Shown here in pieces: positions 12,101-24,467 of a stretch of 64,000 nt of DNA. The first letter of the stretch is position 1. Every line of letters begins with the position of its first letter. Position numbers and translations under genes: made by a program. This DNA is from Lytechinus pictus (Eukaryota): positions 10,974,001-11,038,000 of the forward strand of contig NC_087254.1 in the NCBI RefSeq assembly GCF_037042905.1, given 5' to 3'. The notes beneath the pieces were generated by a model that worked only from the letters and a program-made list of their open reading frames with translations, did not search any database and was not told the DNA's origin.

Positions 12101-15100
12101 GGATGACGACATCATTGTAAAATGGGCTGAATGGTCTGTATCAAACAACCAATGAAATGGCAAGGATCTCCATGTATCTAGGTGTCATATAATATGCACT
12201 GGTGAAGATTCCATTATAGGGAAGTTTTGAATCTATGGACATTTTGTATGATGTTTGGTGCACAGGTGATTAATGTGTTTCATCGTAATCTACAATACCT
12301 AATCGACACCCTCTACAGCTCACCTGTGGGGTTATATCACCATGGCAACCCGGTCATCTTCTTGTTCGGAGGAGGGTTAACGTCGAGACAGTTCAGAGGT
12401 ATTGTACCATCAATGTGCTATTTAAGAAGCCTACATTGTTAGCTCAAACACACCTAACAATATATGTCATTGTCACATAATGATATATCTAGATGTTGGT
12501 ATAATGGGTTTCTATCCATTTTTTTAAATGACCAATATCTGTATAGTGCTTATCACAGATGCAGATGATCTAAATCTCACATGTCTAACACCATCATATG
12601 GCTAAACCCACTCGGTCCACTATCAATTTGGACTAATTTGGTCTAATACTCACACTGGTCTAACTACCGGTGCTCACCTTGTGTAACTGTCATTGGCCTA
12701 ATTACCGTTTGGTCCAACAATTGTTTGGTCAAATACTCACTCTGGTCTAACTACCGGTACTCAGCTGGTGTAACTGTCATGTAGTCCAATTACCGTTTGG
12801 TCCAACTATTGTTTGGTCTGATACTCACTTGGTTTAACTCCTCACCTGGTCTACATGTAGCTGTCATTGGTCTAATGCTGGGAGTCTAATTTCCCCTTTA
12901 TCTACATTTTTGCATTATGTGGAATGGAAATTTAGTTGAGAAAGTGTATTTAACCGTGTAAACCGGGTGGTTTTAGACTAATTAGATAATAGATAAAATG
13001 TGTGTAGCCTAACTGGAATTAGATACAATGGTAAATTGGCAAAATGGGAATATAAACCAAATAATTAGTAGGCAACCTGGTTGGATATTGAGTGGCAAAT
13101 CACAGTAAACCTAAAAAATAGAAATTTTGATTTTCCTCATCTGACGTAAATTTTCATACAAAGGCTGGCATTATTGATTATTGACATTATCTTAGCCATT
13201 ATGGATCTTGAGTTTTTGAAAGTGAGTCAGGATAACTTGCTGGTAGGGATTTCGTATAGTTTGCTTAATCAACGTTACAAGTTATTTTACAAATGACTTG
13301 CGCATGTAATGCCAGAGCTAAAGATGATTATATGTATTCACCCATTGATATAGTGGTTAGCATTTGATAGATAAACTAGATTCTTGTCAGTAGGTTGTCT
13401 ATTCATACACCTGTGAGATGAAGAAGTGCAAATCAATTGATTTCCATGTTTGGATTAATTTGCTGCTCATGTAAAACACGGCATATATTGCATATATTCC
13501 AGAGATGATTTTTCAAAATGTGTATGGTACTAGACTTGTTATCACAGTTAGATCCCATAAGTGTTCCATCAAATCCCCTTTCATGTGTATTTCATTATAC
13601 ATACATTCTTAAGATATGTTTATATTTCTTGCAGTCCTCCAGTCTATGCCTCTTGACCTACCACCCGGTGCAAAGCCTCCTCTGTGGATCGGAAGCTTCT
13701 TGATTTTCGCTGCTACCCCAGCACTGTGGGAAGAGTGGGGTAGTCTATTGAACGGCACATTTGGCTGGTCCCCTCACGTAACGAGGCCCACTCCAGCAAA
13801 TATGTCCGAGTGGGATTTCTATGGCACTGTGGATGATGCTGTCCAGTATCAGGTCAGTGGGTGATTTCAAGTTCGGTTTTGGCCTTGGTGTTGGTGCTGA
13901 AATTTGGATTGCTTCCCCTAGCTCCAAAACTTATTCAGAGTTTGTAAAAACTGAGCCAGATCGCATTAATGACATCTCAACAACTAGTGAGTGACTTTTC
14001 GGGACCATCTTCATTTTATGTTTGGTGTTATAATCATGTAAAAATTGACCTAACACCAACACCAAAAGGTCAACACTGAACTTGAAATCACACCCAGTGT
14101 ACTTCATGCAAATAAATTTCTCCCAAGTCAAATAAATTTGTGTGTTTTCAAGAGATTTGACTTGGTTAGGAGGGACCCGTCTTACAAAGAGTTACGATTG
14201 ATATAATTAATCGTAACTCTATGGAAATCCATCAGTGTCATAATTTTTTCTATAGGAAATTTGCACAATGTCCTCTGTAAACAAAGAGAAGCACAGTGAA
14301 TTTTCAAGAATACAATGAATGCATGAATATACATCATAGTTAGAAAATATTCTGAACAAACATGAATAATACATGTTGACGTTGCTGGCCGTCCATAGTT
14401 CCGTTTGATTGGATCAATCGTAACTCTTTGTAAGACATGGCCCTATTTTATACATGTTCTTAAGGAAACACTGGGTGCAACTCATATGAATTTTTACGTG
14501 ACAAAGCCAACAAAGTGCACACAAAATGCTCAGAAAATATGTAGCTTAGTGCTCAAGCATTTTTTAAGTTGAATAGAGTCTGAACATTCCTGACCTATAT
14601 TACTGCATATGAACGATATCATTTTATGTTACCTAGTATTTGTAGTAAAAGTGGATGTTGGGTTATCCCGGGTCCTTAATATATATTTTTTCTCTCTCCT
14701 TGTGAAAAACAGAATTCCTTGTAGTAGCAAAGTAATTATGAATTAAAGAATTGCATGTAGTTGTGGAAGAGGGGATATGTATTTTCAATTCCTTTTATTG
14801 TGTGTAAACTTCCTCATATTGCTTGGATTACAGGCGCATGCTTACCATTCCCAGCCATGCAGAGTATATTTTTCTCATTGAATTTCTGTTCATAACCGGG
14901 GATTCCAACTTTATTATTGATTTGCTATCTGTTTTTGATTGATTTTCAGAGAAATGTCTCCCAATTTGGAGATGGCTGTTTACATGGAGGTTGGTGTGTG
15001 CTGTGGTGTGGGTCAGCCTCTCCTGGTTTCGACAATAGAGGGTGTGCTGCATGGGGTGATGAACTACGATACCTGCCTCGGCTTGATATGAGCAACCATT

Positions 15101-18100
15101 CCAGGTGGGTCCTTGTCGTCATGAGAATAGTATTTTGCAATTCAATTCAATCTTTATTTATTGCAACAATGCCTGCATATTGCAGGTAGGATTGCATTTA
15201 CAGGTAAAATGCCTGACAATTGTACACTTGATATTATAAAGATTGATCATTACAATAATTTAAAGTGATGGAATATAGTCTTAAAATGTGGACGGTACTT
15301 TCCTACATGTACAAATATCTAAAGGAAGAATAAAGTATCATACATGTGTTTAAGCACAACAAAAAGCATGTGACGTTAATCTAATAGAATGTTTGAAAAA
15401 GTTTATCAGAAATAATTAACAAGCCAAATCAAGGAAGTTTGCAATTTCAGTGTACTAGTAGTCAAAATATTAAATTCATTATTTTATTGTGGAGCTTTAT
15501 GGCCCAGTGGATTAGTCCTCTGACTTTGAAACAGAGGGTCGTGGGTTCGAATCCCAGCAATGGCGTAATTTCCTTCAGCAAGAAATTTATCCACATTGTG
15601 CTGCACTCAACCCAGGTGAGGTGAATGGGTACCAGGCAGGCTTAATTCCTTGAATGCATGAGTGCTGAAAGGCAGCTCAAGCTAAAGCCGGGGTGATAAT
15701 TATAATAACATCGCGCCTTGGAATAGAATATTTCTAGATAGATGGCGCTATATAAATGCCTATTATTATTATTAAATCTGCTTTTGTTCCGGTTGATCAG
15801 GGGGTAGCCAGATTCACCCCCACACGTGTGGCAATTACCCTTTCAGTCATAGATTGCATTAGTCTTTTTTATAAATGTTTATCTTAAACTTCTCCATCCT
15901 CACCTAGATCCACGTATAATGCACAGTGGGATTATCACATCAGTAGTAAAACATCGGCAGAGTGCATCATTATACCAACCATGAACGACTTCCCTGGTAT
16001 GTATCCCCCAGGGCCCCGTCTCAAAAAGAGTTACAATTGATCCAATCAATCGCAACTATGGACGGCCAGGAACGTCAGCATGTATTATTCATGTTTGTTC
16101 AAAATATTTTCTAACTATGATGTATATTCATGCATTTATTGTTTCCTTGAAAATTCACTGTGCTTCTCTTTGTTTACAAAGGACATTGTGCCAATCTCCT
16201 ATAGAAAAAATTATGACACTGATGGATTTCCATAGAGTTACGATTGATTGGATCAATTGTAACTCTTTGTAAGACGGGGCCCAGAACTTGACTCTTAATT
16301 CTAATTTACCGTTTGTATAGGCTAGCTATTTACAAAAAATGCAAATATTGCAGCTTTTTTTTTAATGATTATAATTTTTCAAAGACTATTGATATATTTT
16401 TTGGAGATAATATCGACTACTGTCCATTTTTCATGCGCAGAGGCTACTCCAATCATTGATGTGAATTCATCTGTATCAAGCCTGCACAGTACATTGATGT
16501 ATGCCGGTCAATGGAAGAATGCCACCTACGATCCCAGAGGACTTGTACTATGCCCCGTATGGTATCGGTTGTACAAAGAGATGCAGTTTTATAACAGGAC
16601 ACCAGGGATTAATGGTGAGTGCAATGTTTTGTGCAGAAGTACATAATGATGTGTCCCAGTCCAGGGACCTGTCTCGTAGAACTAGTTTGGTAACTTCCTT
16701 GGAACCCCTTTTTTTTCATTGGGTGCTAAAGCCCAGTCGCCATGGTGATTATCATGGTAACCTAGTTACCATAATCCATAACAGCTTAAGTTTATTACCA
16801 TGATTCATAACAGCCTAGCCTAAGTTCTTTATGTAGAATGTGGCCCAGGTCTTTTAAGACCAAAGCGACTAAAAAAAACCTTTCCTCTTTGATATGGAAT
16901 ATGATCAACTTTAATATAGGTCAACTTTAATTAGAAATTCATTGCATTGCATAGCCTGTCTGGCCAAGTTTCACTAAATGCGATCAATAGACCAGCCTTA
17001 AGGACCTGTCACACTGTTCCGCGTGCAAGCCTTGCGAGTGACTTGCGAGTTGCCACATTGACAGTATCTCGCAAGTCTGATTTGCACGCAGAAAACTTTC
17101 GAACATGCTCAAAAATTTGGCTGCGGGTGAGTTGCGGGCAATGAATTTGTTTTATATTGGGTTTGATGATATTTAAGAACTTGAATTAATTAGTTTTAAG
17201 ATGAATCAAGTAACTATTAATTTTTATTATTTCTTTCAGTAAAAACCATTGAGGATTCACTTCAAGCTGCCAAATTGGCAATAAGCCAGGGAACACAATC
17301 TTCACTGTCTAAATCTTCCATTCTGATTCAAAATGCAAAGTAAGTGTTGGGATTCTTTTATTTTATTCCTTAAGTGGAGGGGGGAGTTTCTTCAAATAAA
17401 TCATGATATTTGCAAAGTCCTTATTCATAGAAATATGATTAAGTTTTGCTTCCAAAAATTTTACAAATGACATATATTCTTCATATTATGTCACACTAAT
17501 TTGAAATAATATAAAAGGATCATGGAAAATTTGCCTTAAATATTAAGAACATCAGCTAAAGGACAAATGATTAGTGAATTATATTAATTATAGGTTATAT
17601 TAACAAATTTATATACCTAAATGCTTTTTTTATGTTTATGATGCATTTATTATAATTCATCATTTTTTTGTACCCATCAGGCACCAATATCAATACTTTT
17701 TGTTTTTAAAGGACATTTCCAACCCAACCATTAGTTGATTTGAATGGAAAGAGAAAAATCCAACAAGCATAACACTGACAATTTCATCAAAATCGGATGT
17801 AAAATAATAAAGTTATGACATTTTAAAGTTTTGCTTAATTTCACAAAAAGTTATATGCACACCCTGGTCGGTATGCAAATGAGGAGACTGATGACGTCAT
17901 CCACTCACTGTTTCTTTTGTATTTCATTGTATGAAATATTCTAATTTTCTCATTGTCAAGTGAAAGAAAGATTAATTCCTCCCTGAACATGTGGAAAAGG
18001 CATTGTTTTACTACGTGGTTCAGTCAAGTTGGTCCTTATTGTCAAATCTGTAAAAAATGAAATATTGTATAATTCAAACAAAAAAACAAACAAAAGAAAT

Positions 18101-20368
18101 AGTGAGTGATGGACATCATCGACTTTCTCATTTGCATGTCGCTGAGATGTGCATATAACCATTTTGTGAAAAATAAGCGAAACTTTAAAATGTAACTTTC
18201 TTATCTTACATCCCGATTTTGATGAACTTTTTAGCGTTTTGCTAGTTGTATTTTTCTCTATTTATTTAAATCATTTTTCCGGGGTGGACTTGACCTTTAA
18301 CCTACCAATATTCTATTCAGAGATCTCCTTGTGTCGCTGCTCAAATCAAACATCACATCAGAAGACATCCTGATACCGGTACCAAGCTCCACCATGTCTT
18401 TCTCCCTTCCACCGGTGATAGAGAATGGATCATATATCATCAATGAAACCAGTCAAATTTACCTTCACATGGGTGAGGAGACGGCATCAAGATTAAGGCT
18501 AAACAACTTCAAGGTAAACCCTGTTCTTGTATGCATTTAAAGATAAATGCCAGTTGTGGTAACGATCTCAAAATGACTTTACAGAATCCAATATAATGAC
18601 CACTCAAGTGTCTGTTTGTATGAATAAAAAAATATGTGCCAAATGATTCTGGAAAAAGTTGTGTAATTGCTGAGAAATAAGCAAAATAAGCACGGATTCG
18701 GGCACTTCCGTCGGGTCTTTATTCCAGCAATAATAATATACACTGTCCCACGTGTGCCTACCTGTGTTGGTGATCTTCAGTGTGATCGTTTTTTAGCTTA
18801 GATTTTATGATTTCACAAGGTTCAGTTTATGTAACTGTACCAGATCTAGATCCACGATGATATAGTAATACTTAACGTTGGTTTTACAGACTGTCTCACG
18901 ATATCAGTGTTTTACTGCAACTACCGGGTACTTTCATTTAGCTTTAAACTGCATTCTTTCAAAAATAACATCGATGCTTTTGTATTTTTTTCACCAAAAA
19001 ATTAATCTAAAAAAAGTTATACCCTTCTCATTATCTTCTTTCCTTGGTTATTATATGACCTTGTTTTTTTTCTCTCTCTCTCCTGTTTTGTGTTGAACAT
19101 AGCAAAAACCAAAAGTGAAATAAGCCATGGGGAAAAGATAGAGGCTTGCTTGGACATGGGACCAGCCTTTTGACAAGACCCCGTTTCTTATGACATGTAT
19201 ATTAGAAACCATGCTAATAATAATAATAGTGCGCCTTGGAATGGAGTATTCTTAGATAAATGGCACTGTGTATATGCCTATTGATATTGATTGTATTACT
19301 TATGCTTAATTCAACACTTCTATCTCTTGAAATTGATCATTCCTCTCTTTGCTCTTGTTTCTCCAGGGCTTGCTTAGGTTTCAGTACCAGCCACTTTTAC
19401 CAGGCCTTAGCTACATGAGAGTGAAGTCCTCCAGTGTGACACACAAATTAGACCCAGCTCATGAGTATACATTCTACTCTAAGGGACTGGGGAAGGAGGC
19501 TAGGTGTTTCAAGCACACAGTAAAGCCAGATAGATCTGAAGTGTGCAAGATACATGTTAATGGAACTACCAGCGGTGAGTATGATTCAGGGGCAGCGCCG
19601 CAGGGGACAGCTACCCCCCCCCCACCCTTCATCCCAGAAAGGGGGGGGGGGGGCTACAAATAGTGTAAAAAGGGTATGTTTGTGTCATTTAACTCTAAAG
19701 CATTGCCATTATTATTCAAATGAGAAAATAAAAGTTACACGTTTTGTTGAAGTGTCTTGATGAGAAAATAAGTTACACGTTTTGTTGAAGTGTCTCGAGA
19801 CCCCCCCCCCCCCCCCCCCCCCCGTTAAAATACCCTTATGCTGCCCCTGGTACAATTAAATTGCCACAAACTGGTGTCAGCTGAATTTGCTTGACTTCAT
19901 TTATCAATGTTTCTCTCCTTGGGGTCGGGGATGTTGCCTTATTAAATGATCTTGGAATCTCAGGAGAGGCCCACGGTTTATCAAGTAATTACTTTTTATT
20001 TTATTTTTATTTCTCTAGGCATTTCAGGTTTTGCATTCTTTTTATCACTTCCCCTTCCCACCCAGATGTAACAAGTTAATGCCAATCCTTCCAAATTAAC
20101 CAGTGAAAGTCACCGACAAAATGCTATGAAAAGCCCCCCCCCCCTCCCCCCTGCATATCGGTATTTACTCTTTCCCTATTTCAATCTTCTTTCTAATTTT
20201 TTTTTTTCATCTCCAGGTTCCTGGCAGAATGCAACCATAGCCATGTACAAAGAGAACACATCTTGGGATCATTCAGAGTCGTATAAATCGGATCTTGTCT
20301 TCGCCTCCATTGGATCATTTGCTATCAGAAATGTATCCCTTCGATTTACAATCTTCTCGAAAAGATAA
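6131..20368 (+). CDS. Secreted GH99/GH71-like glycoside hydrolase-fold protein, ~634 aa, 15 exons
   Basis: Exons 6131-6199, 6707-6780, 7680-7824, 8657-8713, 9164-9252, 10532-10580, 12266-12398, 13635-13852, 14950-15104, 15908-15996, 16441-16614, 17240-17339, 18321-18513, 19367-19574, 20217-20368 join in frame (1905 nt). Signal-peptide-like start MRISPVLLFIMWFGSWRTCAG. Motifs IASSVYPSLGLTSDHDPIYQEYLILQAKVVGMDGFMIEW, SPGFDNR and TMNDFPEAT resemble GH99/GH71-like enzymes. Confidence 0.8.
6317..6531. mobile_element. Palindromic MITE
   Basis: TIR GGGGTGTTGCAAGAAA / TTTCTTGCAACACCCC. Confidence 0.7.
8330..8488. mobile_element. MITE (GGGGAGCGTTTCAT TIR family) carrying CCAAT and X-box-like motifs
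   Basis: TIR GGGGAGCGTTTCAT / ATGAAACGCCCCCC; related copies at 11193-11537, 34143-34301 and more diverged at 7838-7963. Confidence 0.75.
11193..11537. mobile_element. Diverged copy of the same MITE family with an internal insertion
   Basis: GGGGAGCTTTTCAT...ATGAAACACTCCCC ends; shares the ATTGG-N12-GTTACCATGG core. Confidence 0.55.
14173..14442. mobile_element. PIF/Harbinger-like MITE, copy 1
   Basis: Long TIR GTCTTACAAAGAGTTACGATTGAT; related copies at 16012-16281 and 21102-21348. Confidence 0.75.
15490..15773 (+). mobile_element. tRNA-derived SINE
   Basis: Pol III A box TGGCCCAGTGG and B box GGTTCGAATCC, followed by a non-tRNA body and a TATAAATGCC(TAT)n tail; a 3' tail fragment also occurs at ~19228-19290. 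Confidence 0.85.
16012..16281. mobile_element. PIF/Harbinger-like MITE, copy 2 (opposite orientation)
   Basis: TIR GGCCCCGTC / GACGGGGCC with 3-bp TSD CAG; inserted 15 nt into intron 10 of the GH-like gene. Confidence 0.8.
17706..18300. mobile_element. TTAA-flanked non-autonomous DNA transposon (Kolobok-like)
   Basis: TTAA-AGG...CCT-TTAA ends with internal inverted similarity; a related, interrupted copy lies at 55001-56260. Confidence 0.65.
18537..18947. mobile_element. TTAA-flanked non-autonomous element
   Basis: TTAA-AGATAAATG ... CATTTAGCT-TTAA imperfect TIR. Confidence 0.45.
19587..19849. mobile_element. hAT-like MITE with poly-C/G tracts
   Basis: TIR CAGGGGCAGC / GCTGCCCCTG; degenerate 8-bp TSD GTATGATT/GTACAATT. 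Confidence 0.6.
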
Positions 20369-21101
20369 TGATGGGGTTTCTTCCAATTTTCATATATTCT
20401 GTAAATATTGATCTTCCAAGAAGATAATAGTTTTTATTTTGCTATGTCAAAGCAGGTAATGAATAATGTGTCAAATTTATTTAACTACTTTATTCGATCT
20501 GAAATCAAAGCTGCCAAATAATATGTTTTAATGATATTAGTATTTTTTTCATAATTAAAAGTGACAAAATATGATTTTTTATTGCAAAATATGTTTTTTG
20601 TTAAATTTGATTAGCATGCTTTATATGTGTAATTTATCAATTTTTGTACCAAAATATGATTTTAATTATGGATCAGTATGTTTTTTGCTCAACAGAGGTT
20701 GGCAGCTCTGTGAAAGAGTCTATACCATATGTTTTGTAACAAACAAATAATATAGATATATTTATTTATAAATCTTATCCATTTTGTCCTGCATTAGTAT
20801 GTCAGTCAGAGTAACATTTTACCTATGAGTTTATTTTTGCTGGGGTGGCAAGACCTTGTACCTCAAATTTGAGAGAATATCACTTGGATTTTTTAATGCA
20901 GCTGGCATGTATGTGAAATCATGTCAAAGTTTCTGCGCTCTATTTGAAAGTGAAGTCTATGTGGTATCAAAAGAAACAATCTTTTTATTTGATGGATGTT
21001 ATTGTGGCCATGTTTTTTTTTCATTCTGCTAAATGAATAATTATATTCTGCCACCCCAGCAATATTCAACCAGCATTGGTAGAGGGAAGAGAAGAGACCA
21101 A

Positions 21102-21348
21102 GGCCCCATTTTACAGAGTTACAATTGATCCAATCAACCTTAACTATGGAAAGCCAGCAACATCAACAACTAAAATGCATGTTCAAAATATTTTCTAGAT
21201 ATGCTGTAAAATTCATTGATTTCTTGGAAATTCAGAGTGCTTCTCTTTGTTTACAAAGGACATAGTGCAAATATTGTTTTGAAAAAATTGTGACATCAAT
21301 GGATTTCCGTATAGTTAATCTGATCAATCATAACTCTTTTTAAGGGCC
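21102..21348. mobile_element. PIF/Harbinger-like MITE, copy 3 (diverged)
   Basis: Colinear with 16012-16281. Confidence 0.65.
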
Positions 21349-21991
21349 TCGGAGGGGGGCGCTTCCATTATCGAGTATATTCCAGGCAAGACCATGGGGT
21401 TTCAAAAAGTACCCTTTACAAGTATTTTCCATGTTCTGACAATGCACCTCTTGTTTTAACAAGTACTAGCATGTGAAACCCTACCCTTGACAAGTATTCC
21501 CTGAATTGCCCCCCCCCCTAAACAAGTACAGCGATATTTTAATTATGTCAGACGTGATCACAGATGTCAGCTTTAACATTACTTATATTGGGTTTAGTAC
21601 CTCCTTACCTCGCTTAAATTGGACTCTAAAAATGTAGTGTTGGGGCCAAAAGTGAATCCTTTATAAAGCATTTGTCTTTTTATTAATTTTGTTAATGTAA
21701 CCGTAAACACTTGGCTTCCTAGCGAAATTTATACCCATTTTCAATATTTTAGTGTTTTTGACAGCCATATTACGTTACGTACGCATTCTTAAAGGACCAC
21801 TTTTACACGTTTTTTTGGTTGTGCCTGGTACCCACTCTATTGAAGTGCCTCCTCCCCCCCCCCCCCCCCCCCCGATGGGCCCCAGGGAGGGGCTTCACAA
21901 AATAAAAGCAACACGTATTCATCAAATAGCAAAGTAACAATAATGTTGGCAAGAAAAAAGAGAAGAGTGGAAAAGAGAGAGGGGTGTTTAA

Positions 21992-22744
21992 CCCTAAATA
22001 GACTGGGCTATTTCGATGCCTAAGAAGACTGGGGGGGGGGGGGGGCTGATTCAGCCCCCCCCCTATGATCTCGGCCGTCGACCGCGCCGAAAATTGGCAC
22101 GTGCATTACCCATGGCATAATCTCCAAGACTGTAGGATCAAATTGTCCGAAAAATCTCATAATTCATTAATTATGCTAATTTATGCGTAAAATCCAAAAT
22201 TTGCTCTAATTAATTAAATAAGGCCTCTAAACTGCTAATTTTTTATTCACAGACTCTTTGAATGATTCTGATCAAATGTACTTTTAGAAAAATTCAATAT
22301 CACAATTCTTTTCTTATGTATTTTATTGTTTTTCAAATTTCTTATGTATTTCTTTGTTTTGTGACTTTTTGTTTTTTATTGTTTTTTCAATGGAAATCGT
22401 CCGCTACTTTATTTTGACCATAAACAAGATGAAATTGATCGAGTTTGATTAGTAAAATTGAAAATAATGATACATTTATGAATTTCGGCTAAAAACACAA
22501 TTTGCATTGGATTTGTACACAAATTCACGTTTTTGAGCAATTTCGGTTCGACATGCACTTACAAAATGTTGCGTAATTTCAGAACCACGTACCCGGGCGT
22601 CGCAAATTTGGTCTCAAAAGTTGCGCAAGACTTGAAAGAAAAAAGTCATGGAACGGCGCGGTGCCAGCTTTTCGCGTTACAGATTTATCGCTAAAAATGT
22701 CGAGGGGGGGGCTGAATCAGCCCCCCCCCCCAGTCTTTTTAGGG
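21992..22744. mobile_element. Non-autonomous piggyBac-type element, copy 1
   Basis: TTAA TSD on both sides; TIR CCCTAAATAGACTGGG / CCCAGTCTTTTTAGGG; near-identical copy at 26933-27682. Confidence 0.85.
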
Positions 22745-23002
22745 TTAAAAATATAGAAATGAGGAATAGAAAATGTTGAGGTGGTCCTGAAGACCACAAA
22801 GAAAGAAAGGCAGGCAAGACGATCAATGAGGAACGAATAATAGGTGAGGGGGGGGTAGAATGCGATATTAAAGGGTGTGTATGACACAAACAAAAGTGAT
22901 ATTGGAAAGTTTGTGTGATAAGGAAAAAGAAAGAAAGAGGAAACGTCAAATTACAAAATAAAGACACCTGAAGTTCTCTTTTTTTTTAATCTAAAGATTT
23001 TA

Positions 23003-23818
23003 TTATCCTATCCTAAATGGGTCTGGGTACATGCCATAGTGTGTGGCACAGTGCCACGTGGATGTTGACCAAACCATACTCAAAGAGCATGCGATCATAG
23101 AACACCTCATGGAAGATTCATGGGCTAATTTGGAAAAGATAAAAATTACAGTAAGAGTTAGGATAACCTGGTATAGAAGCAATTCATATCGCTTCCATTG
23201 TATTTTGCATAACTGATCATTGCAATTGAAGTCGTAAGTAGTTTCTGTCTTAGACTGTACAGGGACTGAGCCGGTAGATTGACACAAAACGCTGGTACAG
23301 TTCACCCGCTGCTCCATGCAGCATTCGATGGCATTTCTTGATCCTAAACAAGCCATTGGTTTGACATCCTGTGATGACTCGGCTTTGCAGCTTGCACCAC
23401 ATTCACCATCTATGGCATGACGGCGAGAGCCGACAATACCGGTGGTAGAATCAAGTCCGACAGTTCCTGCCCCACGGGAGCTCCCACATGAAGACCAGAG
23501 CACCACACATCTGTTCACTTTACATGATCTTTGCATATTTTTTGTACCGTTAAAAGTGGCCGAATCTGAACATGATTTTGACTTGCACAGGTAGTAGATA
23601 ATACAAGACTCGTCCGCTAAATTATTCCTCACTGAGCAGGCACTTATACAGTGAAGGCATGATGTTGGCGATCGACCATAAGGGGGGTTCTGTACACCTA
23701 CTGTTGAATGAACAATGTTCTTGTGAAAAGGGGTAGATAGATCGACACTAGTACATGCTGGCCCTACAATCTCTAACACATTGCATGGGTAATCAAACAT
23801 GTTATCAAACAAACACAT
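23003..23818 (-). CDS. Orphan cysteine-rich ORF (~271 aa from first ATG), function unknown
   Basis: Frame open for 313 codons in AT-rich DNA, ~24 Cys. A polypyrimidine tract plus AG acceptor at 23838 precedes the ATG at 23818; candidate donor GTAAGG at 23951; AATAAA overlaps the stop. Confidence 0.5.
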   Translation of the reverse strand: MCLFDNMFDYPCNVLEIVGPACTSVDLSTPFHKNIVHSTVGVQNPPYGRSPTSCLHCISACSVRNNLADESCIIYYLCKSKSCSDSATFNGTKNMQRSCKVNRCVVLWSSCGSSRGAGTVGLDSTTGIVGSRRHAIDGECGASCKAESSQDVKPMACLGSRNAIECCMEQRVNCTSVLCQSTGSVPVQSKTETTYDFNCNDQLCKIQWKRYELLLYQVILTLTVIFIFSKLAHESSMRCSMIACSLSMVWSTSTWHCATHYGMYPDPFRIG

Positions 23819-24467
23819 CTTGCTCCACGTACTCGGTCTAAACAAAAACAAAAAGAAGATAACAGAAGATTGGAATGAATCGATAGGTAGGTTAATAAAT
23901 ATAGTGTACCTAATTTCTTCAAAAGACTTCCTGATTTTCAGCAAGCCTTACGATGACTGCTAGGCAGATAAATATCTCTCTCAAAAGAAAAGACTAGCCG
24001 TGTGTAACGAATACAAAAAGTATCCTTTGTAAATACTACAAATTGAATTCAAAAGTAATTATAACAGCTCAATTATTATAAAAATTATGAGGTATTACTT
24101 AAATATATATGTATTACAGTATTAGCAATTTATAAGAAAGATTAAGGTTAACTTCAAGATCTTACTTTGAAAAGAGAAATATAACTTGTGCAATACGAAA
24201 AAAAATCCTTGAAGGCTTACAATATTTTGATTAAATGCAACAAACAAATTTCACACAGAAATTCAATGACAATTCTAATATACCAACTACCAATTCAGAT
24301 AATGTAATAAGAGATATCGACCCGAACGATATCAGGTTCTATAAGATTCAGTGTCGTCTCCCGACACACTTCGTATTCGATCTCGCACACAAACTGACAG
24401 GAAGGCAGCAATCCCACGGGATGACAGACTCCCCTAGGATTCAAAACGCGGTTGGGTATCGTCTCGA

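Noticed and set aside
15490-15565. tRNA gene
   Set aside because: A and B boxes are present, but the sequence continues into a SINE body and (TAT)n tail without a proper acceptor stem or terminator.
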